DNA of 64,000 nucleotides. Source: Candidatus Kerfeldbacteria bacterium. GTDB lineage: Bacteria; Patescibacteriota; Patescibacteriia; UBA10025; JAHIVO01. The position numbers were made by a program, and so were the translations under genes. Below the pieces are notes generated by a model. That model searched no databases, was not told where the DNA came from, and saw nothing but the letters and a program-made list of their open reading frames with translations. Below, piece after piece: positions 36,012 through 45,669 of the stretch (positions within the stretch are counted from its first letter, which is position 1; the number at the start of each line of letters is the position of its first letter). The DNA is taken from contig CP181398.1 in NCBI GenBank assembly GCA_047946875.1, forward strand, positions 969,041-1,033,040, in the 5' to 3' direction.

Positions 36012-38339
36012 TTATCTATACACTGGTCTTGGACAACATGGATGACCATCATTCGCAGGATTATCACAATTAACAGCACATTCACAAGAACGATTTACAG
36101 TATCACATTGATAATCACTAGGACAGCCACAATCAGTACAATCTGTTTCAGTTAGTTCACCGTCAATACATATCTTCCCAGTATCACCCGGTATATTACA
36201 TTCTCCTGGTAAAACACCATCTTCACAAATTTGTTCACAATAACCTTCATCAGTACATACATCTCCCGCGTCTACACAGAGTCCTTCATGATCTCCACAG
36301 GCAAAACAATGAGCCCAAGAATCAAAACCACACGTACGATCACCACAGCTACTTACAGCTGGCACACTTTCACAATAAGCATCAGCTGTACCGGCACCAA
36401 CGCAAGTATCTACGGTACACCAATCATCATCAGCACAATCTTTATTGACTTTACAAAGAAATTCTACTTCTACGGTCAGTTTTCTTTCTTCCATTGGTAC
36501 ACTATCATCGGAAACAGATAGAGGTGTAATTACTACGCCTGTTTCTAAATCGGTCCATGAGTTATTAAGTTGAAGGGCTACATTTTTACTTGCACCATGA
36601 TACCAACCTCCACAACCACCATAAGGAGGATCGCAAAGATCAAGAAGAAATGATTTATGGCTATATGGATAATCAATTCCCATTGAACGTTCTGTGGTAT
36701 GAATAAGTGCACCTGTAAGAAGATTAGAACTAGTAACTGAGGTTTCATCAAAACCAATTGGCTGGCGATACTCAACATATATATAATGATTATCCCCACG
36801 GGGTATTTTTAGTGCTTTGAGTTTTAATCTGTCAGCAATCTCAATTGGATATAGTTCATATGTTCCACTATTAGTAATAGTCTGAATTTCAATAACGTTC
36901 ATCCAGCCCGTTGCATCTTTATGAAGCGCGTTGTAATGAGACATTGTGACATAACCCATTGCATCGTGGAGATCTAAGGCTTCGTCAATACCACCAGCAA
37001 AAACACATTCACTTAATGGCGTTGTAAATGTATTACAGCGAAGAACCGCTGCATGTTTATTACCAAGATTGTGTCCAAGTTCATGACCTAAATAATGAGC
37101 ACTTTTTCTAAAATCATAATCATAACCAACCGCACCTTCTGCAACAGGAAAATCAAGCGCCCTAACTGTTACACGGCCTATTTGATACTCATCACCAGGC
37201 TCTGTACCAGGTATAGTAATAGCATCTTGATCAACTGACCCAATACTTGCCATTCCAGCCCAAGTACATGAATCTCCATTACTCTTTCGCCATGGTGCAA
37301 TAATTACCAAATGATCATATTCCGTAAAGTCAATACTATCATCAGCATCATAGGCTTCTTGCATGGACTGCTCATAAAAAGATATATAAACTTCACATGA
37401 TACATCCAAATCAATCTTGTACCTAGAATTTGGATTTGTGGGATAAATATCAGCTGAGGCTGTAGGGTTTGCTATTCCAGCAAAGTGCAGTTGATCATAT
37501 GAGTTTTCTACATAGTAATCATTAATATTGTCCATTACTTTTCCAATAGTTTCATGTTCAGGGCTTGTTTCAGAGGTATTAGCAAAATCAACTTTCAAGA
37601 TTATTGTTTTACGCTCACCAGTAACTGACTTGTCGGATTTCTCTAATGTTACCCTATAACCTGAGAGGTTCTCTGAAGACTTTTCAGCTAGGTTATTTGC
37701 TCCGTCAAATAATAGCTTGTCATCCAATACATAACCAACAATTTGAGCGATGGTTCTTGAGGTTGTAATATACTTTGGTGATACTGATGGAAAGAGGCTT
37801 ATTGAACTGTCATCATCTGTAACAAAGGTATATGAGTCTTTACTGATGCCTTCTTCAAAATTATCAAAAGTATTTATATAAACCTTTCCGTCATACGTAG
37901 TTAATATTTCTGAACAATTAGTAGCATAGGTATTTACTTTATCAAGCTCTGCTTTGGTAAATACTGATTCTAAAGCTGCAGATGAATCCATCTGCATTAG
38001 ATCTGATAAAAGCTGTTTTCTGATAATAATAAGGGATTGGATTGTACTGACATTCTTCCCTGCTGCCAAGGCTGCTCTGAGATCAGTATTTACTTTGTTC
38101 ATTGAGCTTATCATCTCCTTAATATCAGTACTGTCTACTACTGGTTTTTCTAATATCAATGGTTTTGACTCAGCACACGTTACTTTTACTATCCTTTGTT
38201 CAACAGTTGTAATTGGTGAACTAAAAAACCCTGCAATAATCCCTGTTGCCAAACACAAAGACGCTCCCATCATTACGGCAACAACAATTTTTTCTTCAAT
38301 AGAAACTTTGGTTTTTACCTGTTGTTGATCTAATTTCAT
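36012..38339 (-). CDS. Membrane-anchored reprolysin-like zinc metalloprotease with a C-terminal ~150-aa Cys-rich module; paralogue f
   Basis: Signal anchor QVKTKVSIEEKIVVAVMMGASLCLATGIIAGFF. Zinc motif YLGHELGHNLGNKHAAVLRCN (HExxHxxGxxH). The C-terminal module CADDDWCTVDTC...GDRTCGFDSWAHCFACGDHEGLC...PCCPRPVYR has about 30 Cys. Confidence 0.8.
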   Translation of the reverse strand: MKLDQQQVKTKVSIEEKIVVAVMMGASLCLATGIIAGFFSSPITTVEQRIVKVTCAESKPLILEKPVVDSTDIKEMISSMNKVNTDLRAALAAGKNVSTIQSLIIIRKQLLSDLMQMDSSAALESVFTKAELDKVNTYATNCSEILTTYDGKVYINTFDNFEEGISKDSYTFVTDDDSSISLFPSVSPKYITTSRTIAQIVGYVLDDKLLFDGANNLAEKSSENLSGYRVTLEKSDKSVTGERKTIILKVDFANTSETSPEHETIGKVMDNINDYYVENSYDQLHFAGIANPTASADIYPTNPNSRYKIDLDVSCEVYISFYEQSMQEAYDADDSIDFTEYDHLVIIAPWRKSNGDSCTWAGMASIGSVDQDAITIPGTEPGDEYQIGRVTVRALDFPVAEGAVGYDYDFRKSAHYLGHELGHNLGNKHAAVLRCNTFTTPLSECVFAGGIDEALDLHDAMGYVTMSHYNALHKDATGWMNVIEIQTITNSGTYELYPIEIADRLKLKALKIPRGDNHYIYVEYRQPIGFDETSVTSSNLLTGALIHTTERSMGIDYPYSHKSFLLDLCDPPYGGCGGWYHGASKNVALQLNNSWTDLETGVVITPLSVSDDSVPMEERKLTVEVEFLCKVNKDCADDDWCTVDTCVGAGTADAYCESVPAVSSCGDRTCGFDSWAHCFACGDHEGLCVDAGDVCTDEGYCEQICEDGVLPGECNIPGDTGKICIDGELTETDCTDCGCPSDYQCDTVNRSCECAVNCDNPANDGHPCCPRPVYR
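37815..38150. repeat. About 330-bp near-identical direct repeat (copy 1) shared with 47395..47730
   Basis: Compared by eye, the stretch from ggtatatgagtctttactgatgcc through tggtttttctaatatcaa matches the second copy with only 1-3 mismatches. It encodes the identical ~100-aa N-proximal segment (MISSMNKVNTDLRAALAAGKNVSTIQSLIIIRKQLLSDLMQMDSSAALESVFTKAELDKVNTYATNCSEILTTYDGKVYINTFDNF) of paralogues f and c. Confidence 0.7.
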
Positions 38340-38366
38340 ATTTCTTTTCTTTTCTTCATATGAAAA

Positions 38367-41300
38367 TTAATCCATTCCTCCAGCTGGATCTGTACCTGCA
38401 CAAGCTGGATCAGGTTTACGTGGATTATAGTTACTACACTCTGGATCATCTGGTTGTGGTGTTGGTGCTTCACACTGACCACTAGCACATGAGCCCATGC
38501 ACTGTAGTGGTACTCCAACACATTCATCCCATCCCGGATGATATTGATCACTACAATAATATTCCATATATTGAGTTGAATTTACACATGTTATTTCATT
38601 ATATTCATCTTTATCATAACATTTACCAAATTCTGTAGGATTAAATCCTCCACAATCTCCTCCATCACACCAATTATCAGAATCATAACAAACACAGTTA
38701 GAACCAGCACAACCAATTGCACATGTCCAAAGTTCTGCTGGTTCACAGCCACTTGTACCACATTGATAGCCTTGGACATTACCTGCATTACATGTTTGAG
38801 AATGGTAACCAGCTAAATCAGTACAAGATGTTACAACGCTTTGTAAATCTGGGTCACGATAATCAATCCAACCGTCACAATCATCATCAAGATAGTTTAG
38901 GCACACTTCGTTATCGCTGCAATCCCAATCGTGATAAAAGTAAATATCATCATTATCGTTACCATTCACCCCATATGCATTCCACACTATTCGATTTTCA
39001 GAAATTGCCATATATCCCAAAGATATATATGGATCTGATGATCCACTCATTAATTCAGTAAGTCCTGCTGCTGTATTATCAAGATCATATAAATACAGTG
39101 GATTATCATCATTAAAATAAGAAGCTTTTAACAATATAATCTTTGAACCATCAATATCTAGTGCTTCTATATGGCCCTCGGGAATGCTATAAATCAATTG
39201 TTGGCCTGCTGTAGGGTTTGACAAATCATATAGATAAAGTTTGTTATAATTCTTCCAAATGATAGTATTGCCAGAAATTCTAGCAAACGCACCATCAGAT
39301 TCGGCTATCAGCTGCTTACCGGCAGCGGGATTGGATAGGTCAAACATATATATATACGGATTTTCGTCTCCCCAATCAACCCACACTATCTTACCTTCAT
39401 CGATATCTAATAAGTGTCTCTCTGCTTCAGTTCCAGGGAGTTGTTGGACTCCAGCAGCGGGATTGGATAGGTCGTAGTGGTAAATAAAATAGACTTCCCA
39501 CAAACCAGTTTCCGACCAAATGATATTATCACCTGATATTTCAAGTACATCAAGCTCATACAAATTAGAATCAGCTATCTGTTGAACACCAGCTCCTGGA
39601 TTAGATAGATTATAATAGTAAATAAAACCAGCTGTAGTCCACACTACATTATCACCCGAAATAGATAAATTAGTAACATACCAATCGGCGGATAAAGCAA
39701 TACTTTGAATTCCCTCTTGCGGATTATCAAAATCAAAGGTGTCTATATAGGTATCATCATAATTATATCTAGCCCACACTGCACGACTACCCGATATATC
39801 TGGCTTGATGTTATGTTCCCAGTCCCCATCAACTGTGTAGCCATATCCATGCGTTAATTTTGCTGGACCACGAGATGCAAGCTGTATCGGCGTATCATAT
39901 ACAAATCCCCCTATTGCAGAATTGACTGATAAACGAATTGTGTAGTCACCAATTGGCACATTCAATATATTCCATTCACCAAGAATGCCATCTATTACTG
40001 GTGTTGTGACTAGACCTCCTATTGCTACCCAATCATCTTTGCCTGTTTCGCTATATAAAAGCTGATATGATGTTTGAGGAAAACCAACTGTGGCAGCATG
40101 TGCTGTTCCCGTGATAGTTATTGTATCCAGCAGCAATTCCTGCGGATACAGATATGTATACAAAGCTGGACTAGTAATTTCAGCAACCTCAGTGACAGGG
40201 AATGGATATAATCCATTTACTTCAGCAGCGGCCTGAATTTCTGCAAAATGTGGTGTGCCATTAATAATAATTCCGTCATCATCGTCAAGTACTATAAGGT
40301 CAAATAATGCATAAGGGATATTAGGTGAATTTGCAAGTACGGTCGACATTACCAAACTCTCTGCTATATCTACACCAAGCATTTGACGTAACTGCCATGC
40401 AAAACCAACCCATGCCTGTCCCAGCCTATGAACTTCATCAACTCCGCCCTGGGGGTATTGATAATCATTTTCAGCAGTACGAATGTAAGTATCTTCTCCG
40501 AAAAAACCTTCACCAATAATCGGCTGATCAGTTGCATAAGTAGCAAAAATATCTGCCCACCCTTCTGATAAACCAATTCCTGCGTTAGTATCTGGTATGC
40601 CACCGGCCATATGGTCAATAAAATGACCGTATTCATGATATAGTATTGTATCATACGCACTATATATACAGCTTTGACCTAGCCATTGATCATATCCTGC
40701 GCGATAAAAACCTATTTCCTGGTCATCGTCGTTGTATGCAAAATATGCATTACATAATGTACTGCAACAACCAGACGTTCTATTTACTAACGCCCGTAAA
40801 GGAATATCTATTCCCGTCAATGGCACTGGCAAATGTTCCTGTGCCCAATCATGTATATATGTCGTGTGGTAATAGGCATTCACCTGCGACGTTAAAGACT
40901 CGTTATTACCATCTGGATTAAATGGTAGGTCAATTGATACACCGGGATCAGCCGACTCATCAAATTCAATGTTTTCTGCGCCACTCAAGGAATACACAGC
41001 AGCCCATTGACCAAATAATTGTGCCTGTACGTTTGTTGGACTCGTTTCAGTCGGGAATATAAAGCTACCATCGTCATTGGTAAACTGCTCACTCCCTGAT
41101 GTTGTTGAAACGGTTAAATCATCGAGTTCAAAATTCGTCAGATCGTCTAACGTCACTAATGGATCAAATAAAACGCCGCGGCCATGAACAGAACCCTGGA
41201 TAGTGGCGTACAGACGCTTATCACGGACTCGGGCAGCGCCAGTGTGTTTATCTACGAATACTGTTTCAACTGCTTCTTCATACTGTACTTTTTGCAACTT

Positions 41301-42224
41301 TCTCCAACGTCCATCCATATATTTAATTATTTCTTCTGAACCCTTGGGGATCAATCGACTGGCCTCCAAATTTAGGGATGTCGCAGCAGCTCGCTGAATA
41401 GATATATCATCCCGTTCCACTGCTTTCGGTAAATCAAGATCTGGGTATACTTGAGCGCTTGCATATACAACCGTGCTCTTATCTTTCCATTGTTTTATCG
41501 CAAAGTGTACATATGAACCCACCACATCAAGCCCATCGTGCATCTGAATAAAATCTACGAATACAGTTGATGGTTTATTTACCTCGCCCGGTATTGTAAC
41601 AATATAAGTATGCTTCATTTCCCCCGCTTTGATTCCACCGATGAAGTCAGTATTACTTACTAAATAATTCTCAAGTTCATCAACAACCGCAGCTTCTGTT
41701 TGAGGGTTCCCGCGCAGATCAACAGATCCAATGCTTTTTCTAACCGCATGCTGAGGCATTTCACTTTGTTGAATACCAAGATTCCATTCTTTAATTACAT
41801 TCGATAGTCTAGAATCTGGTAACCGTGTAGTCATTGTAGCAACAATTCCAAATGAAATTCCTGCTATTTCTTCATATGCCTCCAACTTTGGAACGGCTGA
41901 ATACGGAATCTGTGCAATAAATGCACCAGCGTCATAAACGCGTCTAATCATTCCGCCTTCGCGTTCAATAATATTCTTCACAGAATCTATGTCTTCATAT
42001 GCAGTCTCAGATACGATAACAAGTGCTTCCTGGTTAGCTTCTTCCTGTATGGTTGGTAATACGGCAGGTTGGGTAACAGTCGTGGTATCTTTCGATGCCA
42101 GCGTTAACAGGAATATTCCAAAAGCAACTCCAACACAGGACACCGCGATCATACCTACTCCAAGCGTTATCTTGGTCGCGTTGATTTGTCGTACCTTTAC
42201 TACGGTGTCTTGTTGGTTTTCCAT
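38367..42224 (-). CDS. Membrane-anchored thermolysin-like (HExxH...ExxxD) zinc metalloprotease with PD40/TolB-like beta-propeller repeats and a C-terminal Cys-rich region; paralogue e
   Basis: N-terminus MENQQDTVVKVRQINATKITLGVGMIAVSCVGVAFGIFLL. ILYHEYGHFIDHMAGG plus GLSEGWADIFA 20 aa downstream (compare thermolysin HELTH...NEAISDIFG). Five to six ~48-aa repeats of ISGDNIIW...IYxYDLSNPAAGxQQL. C-terminal ~200 aa with more than 30 Cys. Confidence 0.75.
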   Translation of the reverse strand: MENQQDTVVKVRQINATKITLGVGMIAVSCVGVAFGIFLLTLASKDTTTVTQPAVLPTIQEEANQEALVIVSETAYEDIDSVKNIIEREGGMIRRVYDAGAFIAQIPYSAVPKLEAYEEIAGISFGIVATMTTRLPDSRLSNVIKEWNLGIQQSEMPQHAVRKSIGSVDLRGNPQTEAAVVDELENYLVSNTDFIGGIKAGEMKHTYIVTIPGEVNKPSTVFVDFIQMHDGLDVVGSYVHFAIKQWKDKSTVVYASAQVYPDLDLPKAVERDDISIQRAAATSLNLEASRLIPKGSEEIIKYMDGRWRKLQKVQYEEAVETVFVDKHTGAARVRDKRLYATIQGSVHGRGVLFDPLVTLDDLTNFELDDLTVSTTSGSEQFTNDDGSFIFPTETSPTNVQAQLFGQWAAVYSLSGAENIEFDESADPGVSIDLPFNPDGNNESLTSQVNAYYHTTYIHDWAQEHLPVPLTGIDIPLRALVNRTSGCCSTLCNAYFAYNDDDQEIGFYRAGYDQWLGQSCIYSAYDTILYHEYGHFIDHMAGGIPDTNAGIGLSEGWADIFATYATDQPIIGEGFFGEDTYIRTAENDYQYPQGGVDEVHRLGQAWVGFAWQLRQMLGVDIAESLVMSTVLANSPNIPYALFDLIVLDDDDGIIINGTPHFAEIQAAAEVNGLYPFPVTEVAEITSPALYTYLYPQELLLDTITITGTAHAATVGFPQTSYQLLYSETGKDDWVAIGGLVTTPVIDGILGEWNILNVPIGDYTIRLSVNSAIGGFVYDTPIQLASRGPAKLTHGYGYTVDGDWEHNIKPDISGSRAVWARYNYDDTYIDTFDFDNPQEGIQSIALSADWYVTNLSISGDNVVWTTAGFIYYYNLSNPGAGVQQIADSNLYELDVLEISGDNIIWSETGLWEVYFIYHYDLSNPAAGVQQLPGTEAERHLLDIDEGKIVWVDWGDENPYIYMFDLSNPAAGKQLIAESDGAFARISGNTIIWKNYNKLYLYDLSNPTAGQQLIYSIPEGHIEALDIDGSKIILLKASYFNDDNPLYLYDLDNTAAGLTELMSGSSDPYISLGYMAISENRIVWNAYGVNGNDNDDIYFYHDWDCSDNEVCLNYLDDDCDGWIDYRDPDLQSVVTSCTDLAGYHSQTCNAGNVQGYQCGTSGCEPAELWTCAIGCAGSNCVCYDSDNWCDGGDCGGFNPTEFGKCYDKDEYNEITCVNSTQYMEYYCSDQYHPGWDECVGVPLQCMGSCASGQCEAPTPQPDDPECSNYNPRKPDPACAGTDPAGGMD

Positions 42225-42271
42225 ATATTTATTATTGGATAAATTAGATATTTATTTAGTAAGTATATGTA

Positions 42272-45200
42272 TTATCTATACACTGGCGTTGGACAACATG
42301 AATGATCATCATTTTCAGGCCTGCTACAATCAACATTACACTCACAAGTACGACTTACAGTATCACATTGATAACCACTTCTGCAGTCACAATCCATACA
42401 ATCTGTTTCAGTTAGTTCACCATCAATACATATTTTCCCGGTATCACCTGGTATATTACATTCTCCTGGTAAAACACCGCCCTCACAAACTTGTTCACAA
42501 TATCCTTCATCAGTACAAACATCTCCGGCTTCCACACATAGTCCTTCATTGTCTCCACAAGCAAAACAATGTGCCCATGAATCAAACCCACACGTACGAT
42601 CACCACAACTGCTTACAGCTGGAGTACTTTCACAATAAGCATCAGCCGTTCCTGTATCAACGCAAGTATCTACTGTGCAAGGATCATCATCAGCACAAGT
42701 TCTATTTTCTATACACGTAACACACTCGTTAATTGCTGTATTACAAATATAATCACTCTCACATCCACACTTGATACAGTCATTTGCTAAATAACGACCA
42801 TCACAATACTGACGGCTAGCATTGCAACTATAAGGATCCGTACCATCATCACAACCATCTCCAACATCAACATCAATTGTAGTTATTCCATAATTAGGTC
42901 CCGGACCTGCTATTGCAGGAATTGTTACATTAATATATTGCTCACCAACTATCGTCAGAAAAACTTCATGTTCATAATAGGGGTATCCAAATACTTCCAG
43001 CTTATGGACTCCTTCGGTAATAGAGATACGAACGGATGATGTTCCTTCAGAACTCTTTATATCTCTTTGAGCTTGAGCTTGAGGTTGATCATCTATATAT
43101 ACATACACTCTTCCATCTAGGCCTTCCGGATTGTTAATATTAATTTCAAGTATATCAGTATCCCCCCAGCCAATTTGGGCCATAGTATGCCAATCAAACA
43201 TAGGTTCTCCGAGATCATCACAGAAATGACCACAATCACTCCAAGCGCCATTCTTCATGAGACTATCAATTTGGTATGGACTGCAAATAATATCATTTTC
43301 ATTAGTCTTGGCTGAATTTCCTCCTGCAGCAATGACCCGATTAGCAGCTGTAGCACGTGCGTTGCATCCAATACTGTCTGTACGCCCATATTCATCCTCG
43401 GCAAAAAATACATGTGCTGATTCGTGAGCAGCAACACTTGAATCTCGGCGAAGATCACGCGCTCCCTCAAGAAAAATACCTATCTCATTATCACCAAACA
43501 CAGTGCCACCTGAACCGGAGTCTAAACGATAAATAGCGGAGCCAACTAACCTATAGTAACTATTACTTAGCGAATCTACGACTATACTCCCTGAGTATAA
43601 GGCATCTGCACTTTCAATATTATCACCAAACGTTGTTCCTCCTGTGCCAGAATCAAAGCGATAATCGTAAAACATATTAAACCCCGAAACATACACTTTA
43701 TCATGCACCGTATCAATAGCAATATCTTGAGGAATACTAATTCCTATGGTGTTCCAATTATCACCAAACACAGTGCCACCTGAACCGGAGTCAAAAAGTA
43801 CAACACGACCATTCATTTCATCAGCTACATAAACCTTATTACCCACACTATCAATGGCAATGCCTAATGGATTCCAAAAACGATTAGTTCCGCCCCATCC
43901 ATAGGATCCAAATGTTTCCCAATTATCACCAAATACCGTCCCGCCAGAACCCGAGTCAAAACGGGCAACACGATTATTAGATGTATCAACAACATAGACT
44001 TTATTATTAATATCATCAATAGCAATTCCTTTTGGACCATTAAATTGACCAACGCCGGATCCAACAGTTCCAAATTGTTCAATATTAAAACCAAGTGTAG
44101 TCCCGCCTGAGCCGGAGTCAAAACGTACAACACGGTTATTAGACGTATCAGCTACATAGACTTTGTTATTACCCGAATCAACTGAAACGCCCCACGGTGA
44201 TGAAAGTCCTAATCCCAAAGTCATACTCTCTTGATTCTGCCCGAATGTTGTCCCTCCTGAGCCGGAGTCAAAACGGGCAACACGATTATTGAATTTATCA
44301 ACTGTATATAATTTATTATTAATCTGATCAATCGCAAGGCCAGTTGGTTCATCCAAATTATTCATTCCATAAGACCAATTAAGAATAGCAAAGTGCCCCA
44401 GATATGCTTGAGGCCAATAATTATCGCCATTCACCGCTGGACGTAATTCATCCTTAACTACAAAAATAACAAAAGCTGTTTGTGCATTAAAATAATCAGC
44501 CATTTCTTGAGAGTATTTATCTACCTCGGATTGAAAACTATTTACAGTATCAAAACAAATATCAAAGTCAGTAGTACCAAATACACACACATTACGATTC
44601 CGCATTAATTGGTGCACCCAATACTTATTCTCAACATTTGTTGAAGGTTCATATTCAGTTTGTTGATCTGAATCAGCAGGATTTTCATAAAGTACATGAA
44701 ATGAAAGATTTTTACTCTCTGGAGCAGCATCGGCTAATCCATAAAGACCGTATAAAGTATTTAACGAGTGATCAATATATTGATCGTATGTCCAATTTTC
44801 ATCACCGGATCCACTGGCTGCACTCTCAACATAAATAAGATCAACGTAAATCAATCCGTGCATGCCACTTGCTCCCGGTGTAGAGCTTTTTTCTCCTCCG
44901 TCCATCTGTGATTCATAATAATCCTGGTGTATCTGAATTTCTCCTTGTCGCTCCTCTTTTGTTAGCGATGAATCATTATTAACATCTTCAATAATCATCT
45001 CTAATGCTTCTTCATCGGTTATTGTATCTTTTCCTAAATCTAAAACCTCTTTACGATCACTAACTACCACCTCACTATAAACTATTTTTTTATATGAATT
45101 GAGAAACTCCTGGGTTACAGCACTATACTCATCAAGTGAATCTTTGGCTAATATATCATTACTTGTGATAAGCTCTGTTACTAATGCGTTTTCACGAATC

Positions 45201-45598
45201 ACTTCATAATTATCCTCTGCTATCCGACCAATAAAAAGGTGCTCTGACTCAAGACTATTTAACTCCTGATTTTTTCTTTTGGATAAAATGAGAAATATTC
45301 TATCCCCTCTATTCTCAATTTCTTCTTTGAACGCAGCAATATCCGACTCCGGTTTATCTGAATTGACCACAAGAGCTGTTAAATCAAAATTCTCCACGAC
45401 AACCATGCGAAAATTTGGTCCTTCCTCAACAACTGGTAAAGGCTGTACAATAGGTGCTGGTTGTTCAGTTTTTGTCATAAGTGATCCAAGCACTCCAACA
45501 AAAGCCAACCCCACAAAAAACGCTGCTATCATCCCAACCGTAATTCCTACGGCTAGACGAGTTTCGGTAGCTACTTTTGTGACTTGTTTATTCTCCAT
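42272..45598 (-). CDS. Membrane-anchored HExxH metalloprotease-like protein with NHL beta-propeller repeats and a C-terminal Cys-rich module; paralogue d
   Basis: The ORF runs to 45643; the start was trimmed to the MENKQVTKV ATG (45596-45598) by analogy with the MENQ starts of the paralogues. TM LAVGITVGMIAAFFVGLAFVGVL. NHL repeats YVADTSNNRVVRFDSGSGGTT (about five copies). AAHESAHVF (HExxH). The C-terminal Cys module ends SCCPTPVYR. Confidence 0.7.
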   Translation of the reverse strand: MENKQVTKVATETRLAVGITVGMIAAFFVGLAFVGVLGSLMTKTEQPAPIVQPLPVVEEGPNFRMVVVENFDLTALVVNSDKPESDIAAFKEEIENRGDRIFLILSKRKNQELNSLESEHLFIGRIAEDNYEVIRENALVTELITSNDILAKDSLDEYSAVTQEFLNSYKKIVYSEVVVSDRKEVLDLGKDTITDEEALEMIIEDVNNDSSLTKEERQGEIQIHQDYYESQMDGGEKSSTPGASGMHGLIYVDLIYVESAASGSGDENWTYDQYIDHSLNTLYGLYGLADAAPESKNLSFHVLYENPADSDQQTEYEPSTNVENKYWVHQLMRNRNVCVFGTTDFDICFDTVNSFQSEVDKYSQEMADYFNAQTAFVIFVVKDELRPAVNGDNYWPQAYLGHFAILNWSYGMNNLDEPTGLAIDQINNKLYTVDKFNNRVARFDSGSGGTTFGQNQESMTLGLGLSSPWGVSVDSGNNKVYVADTSNNRVVRFDSGSGGTTLGFNIEQFGTVGSGVGQFNGPKGIAIDDINNKVYVVDTSNNRVARFDSGSGGTVFGDNWETFGSYGWGGTNRFWNPLGIAIDSVGNKVYVADEMNGRVVLFDSGSGGTVFGDNWNTIGISIPQDIAIDTVHDKVYVSGFNMFYDYRFDSGTGGTTFGDNIESADALYSGSIVVDSLSNSYYRLVGSAIYRLDSGSGGTVFGDNEIGIFLEGARDLRRDSSVAAHESAHVFFAEDEYGRTDSIGCNARATAANRVIAAGGNSAKTNENDIICSPYQIDSLMKNGAWSDCGHFCDDLGEPMFDWHTMAQIGWGDTDILEININNPEGLDGRVYVYIDDQPQAQAQRDIKSSEGTSSVRISITEGVHKLEVFGYPYYEHEVFLTIVGEQYINVTIPAIAGPGPNYGITTIDVDVGDGCDDGTDPYSCNASRQYCDGRYLANDCIKCGCESDYICNTAINECVTCIENRTCADDDPCTVDTCVDTGTADAYCESTPAVSSCGDRTCGFDSWAHCFACGDNEGLCVEAGDVCTDEGYCEQVCEGGVLPGECNIPGDTGKICIDGELTETDCMDCDCRSGYQCDTVSRTCECNVDCSRPENDDHSCCPTPVYR

Positions 45599-45669
45599 GT
45601 TTTTATCATTAAATGTATTAGATGATTTATTTTGTTGAGCCATATTTAATATATATTAATAAATATTTT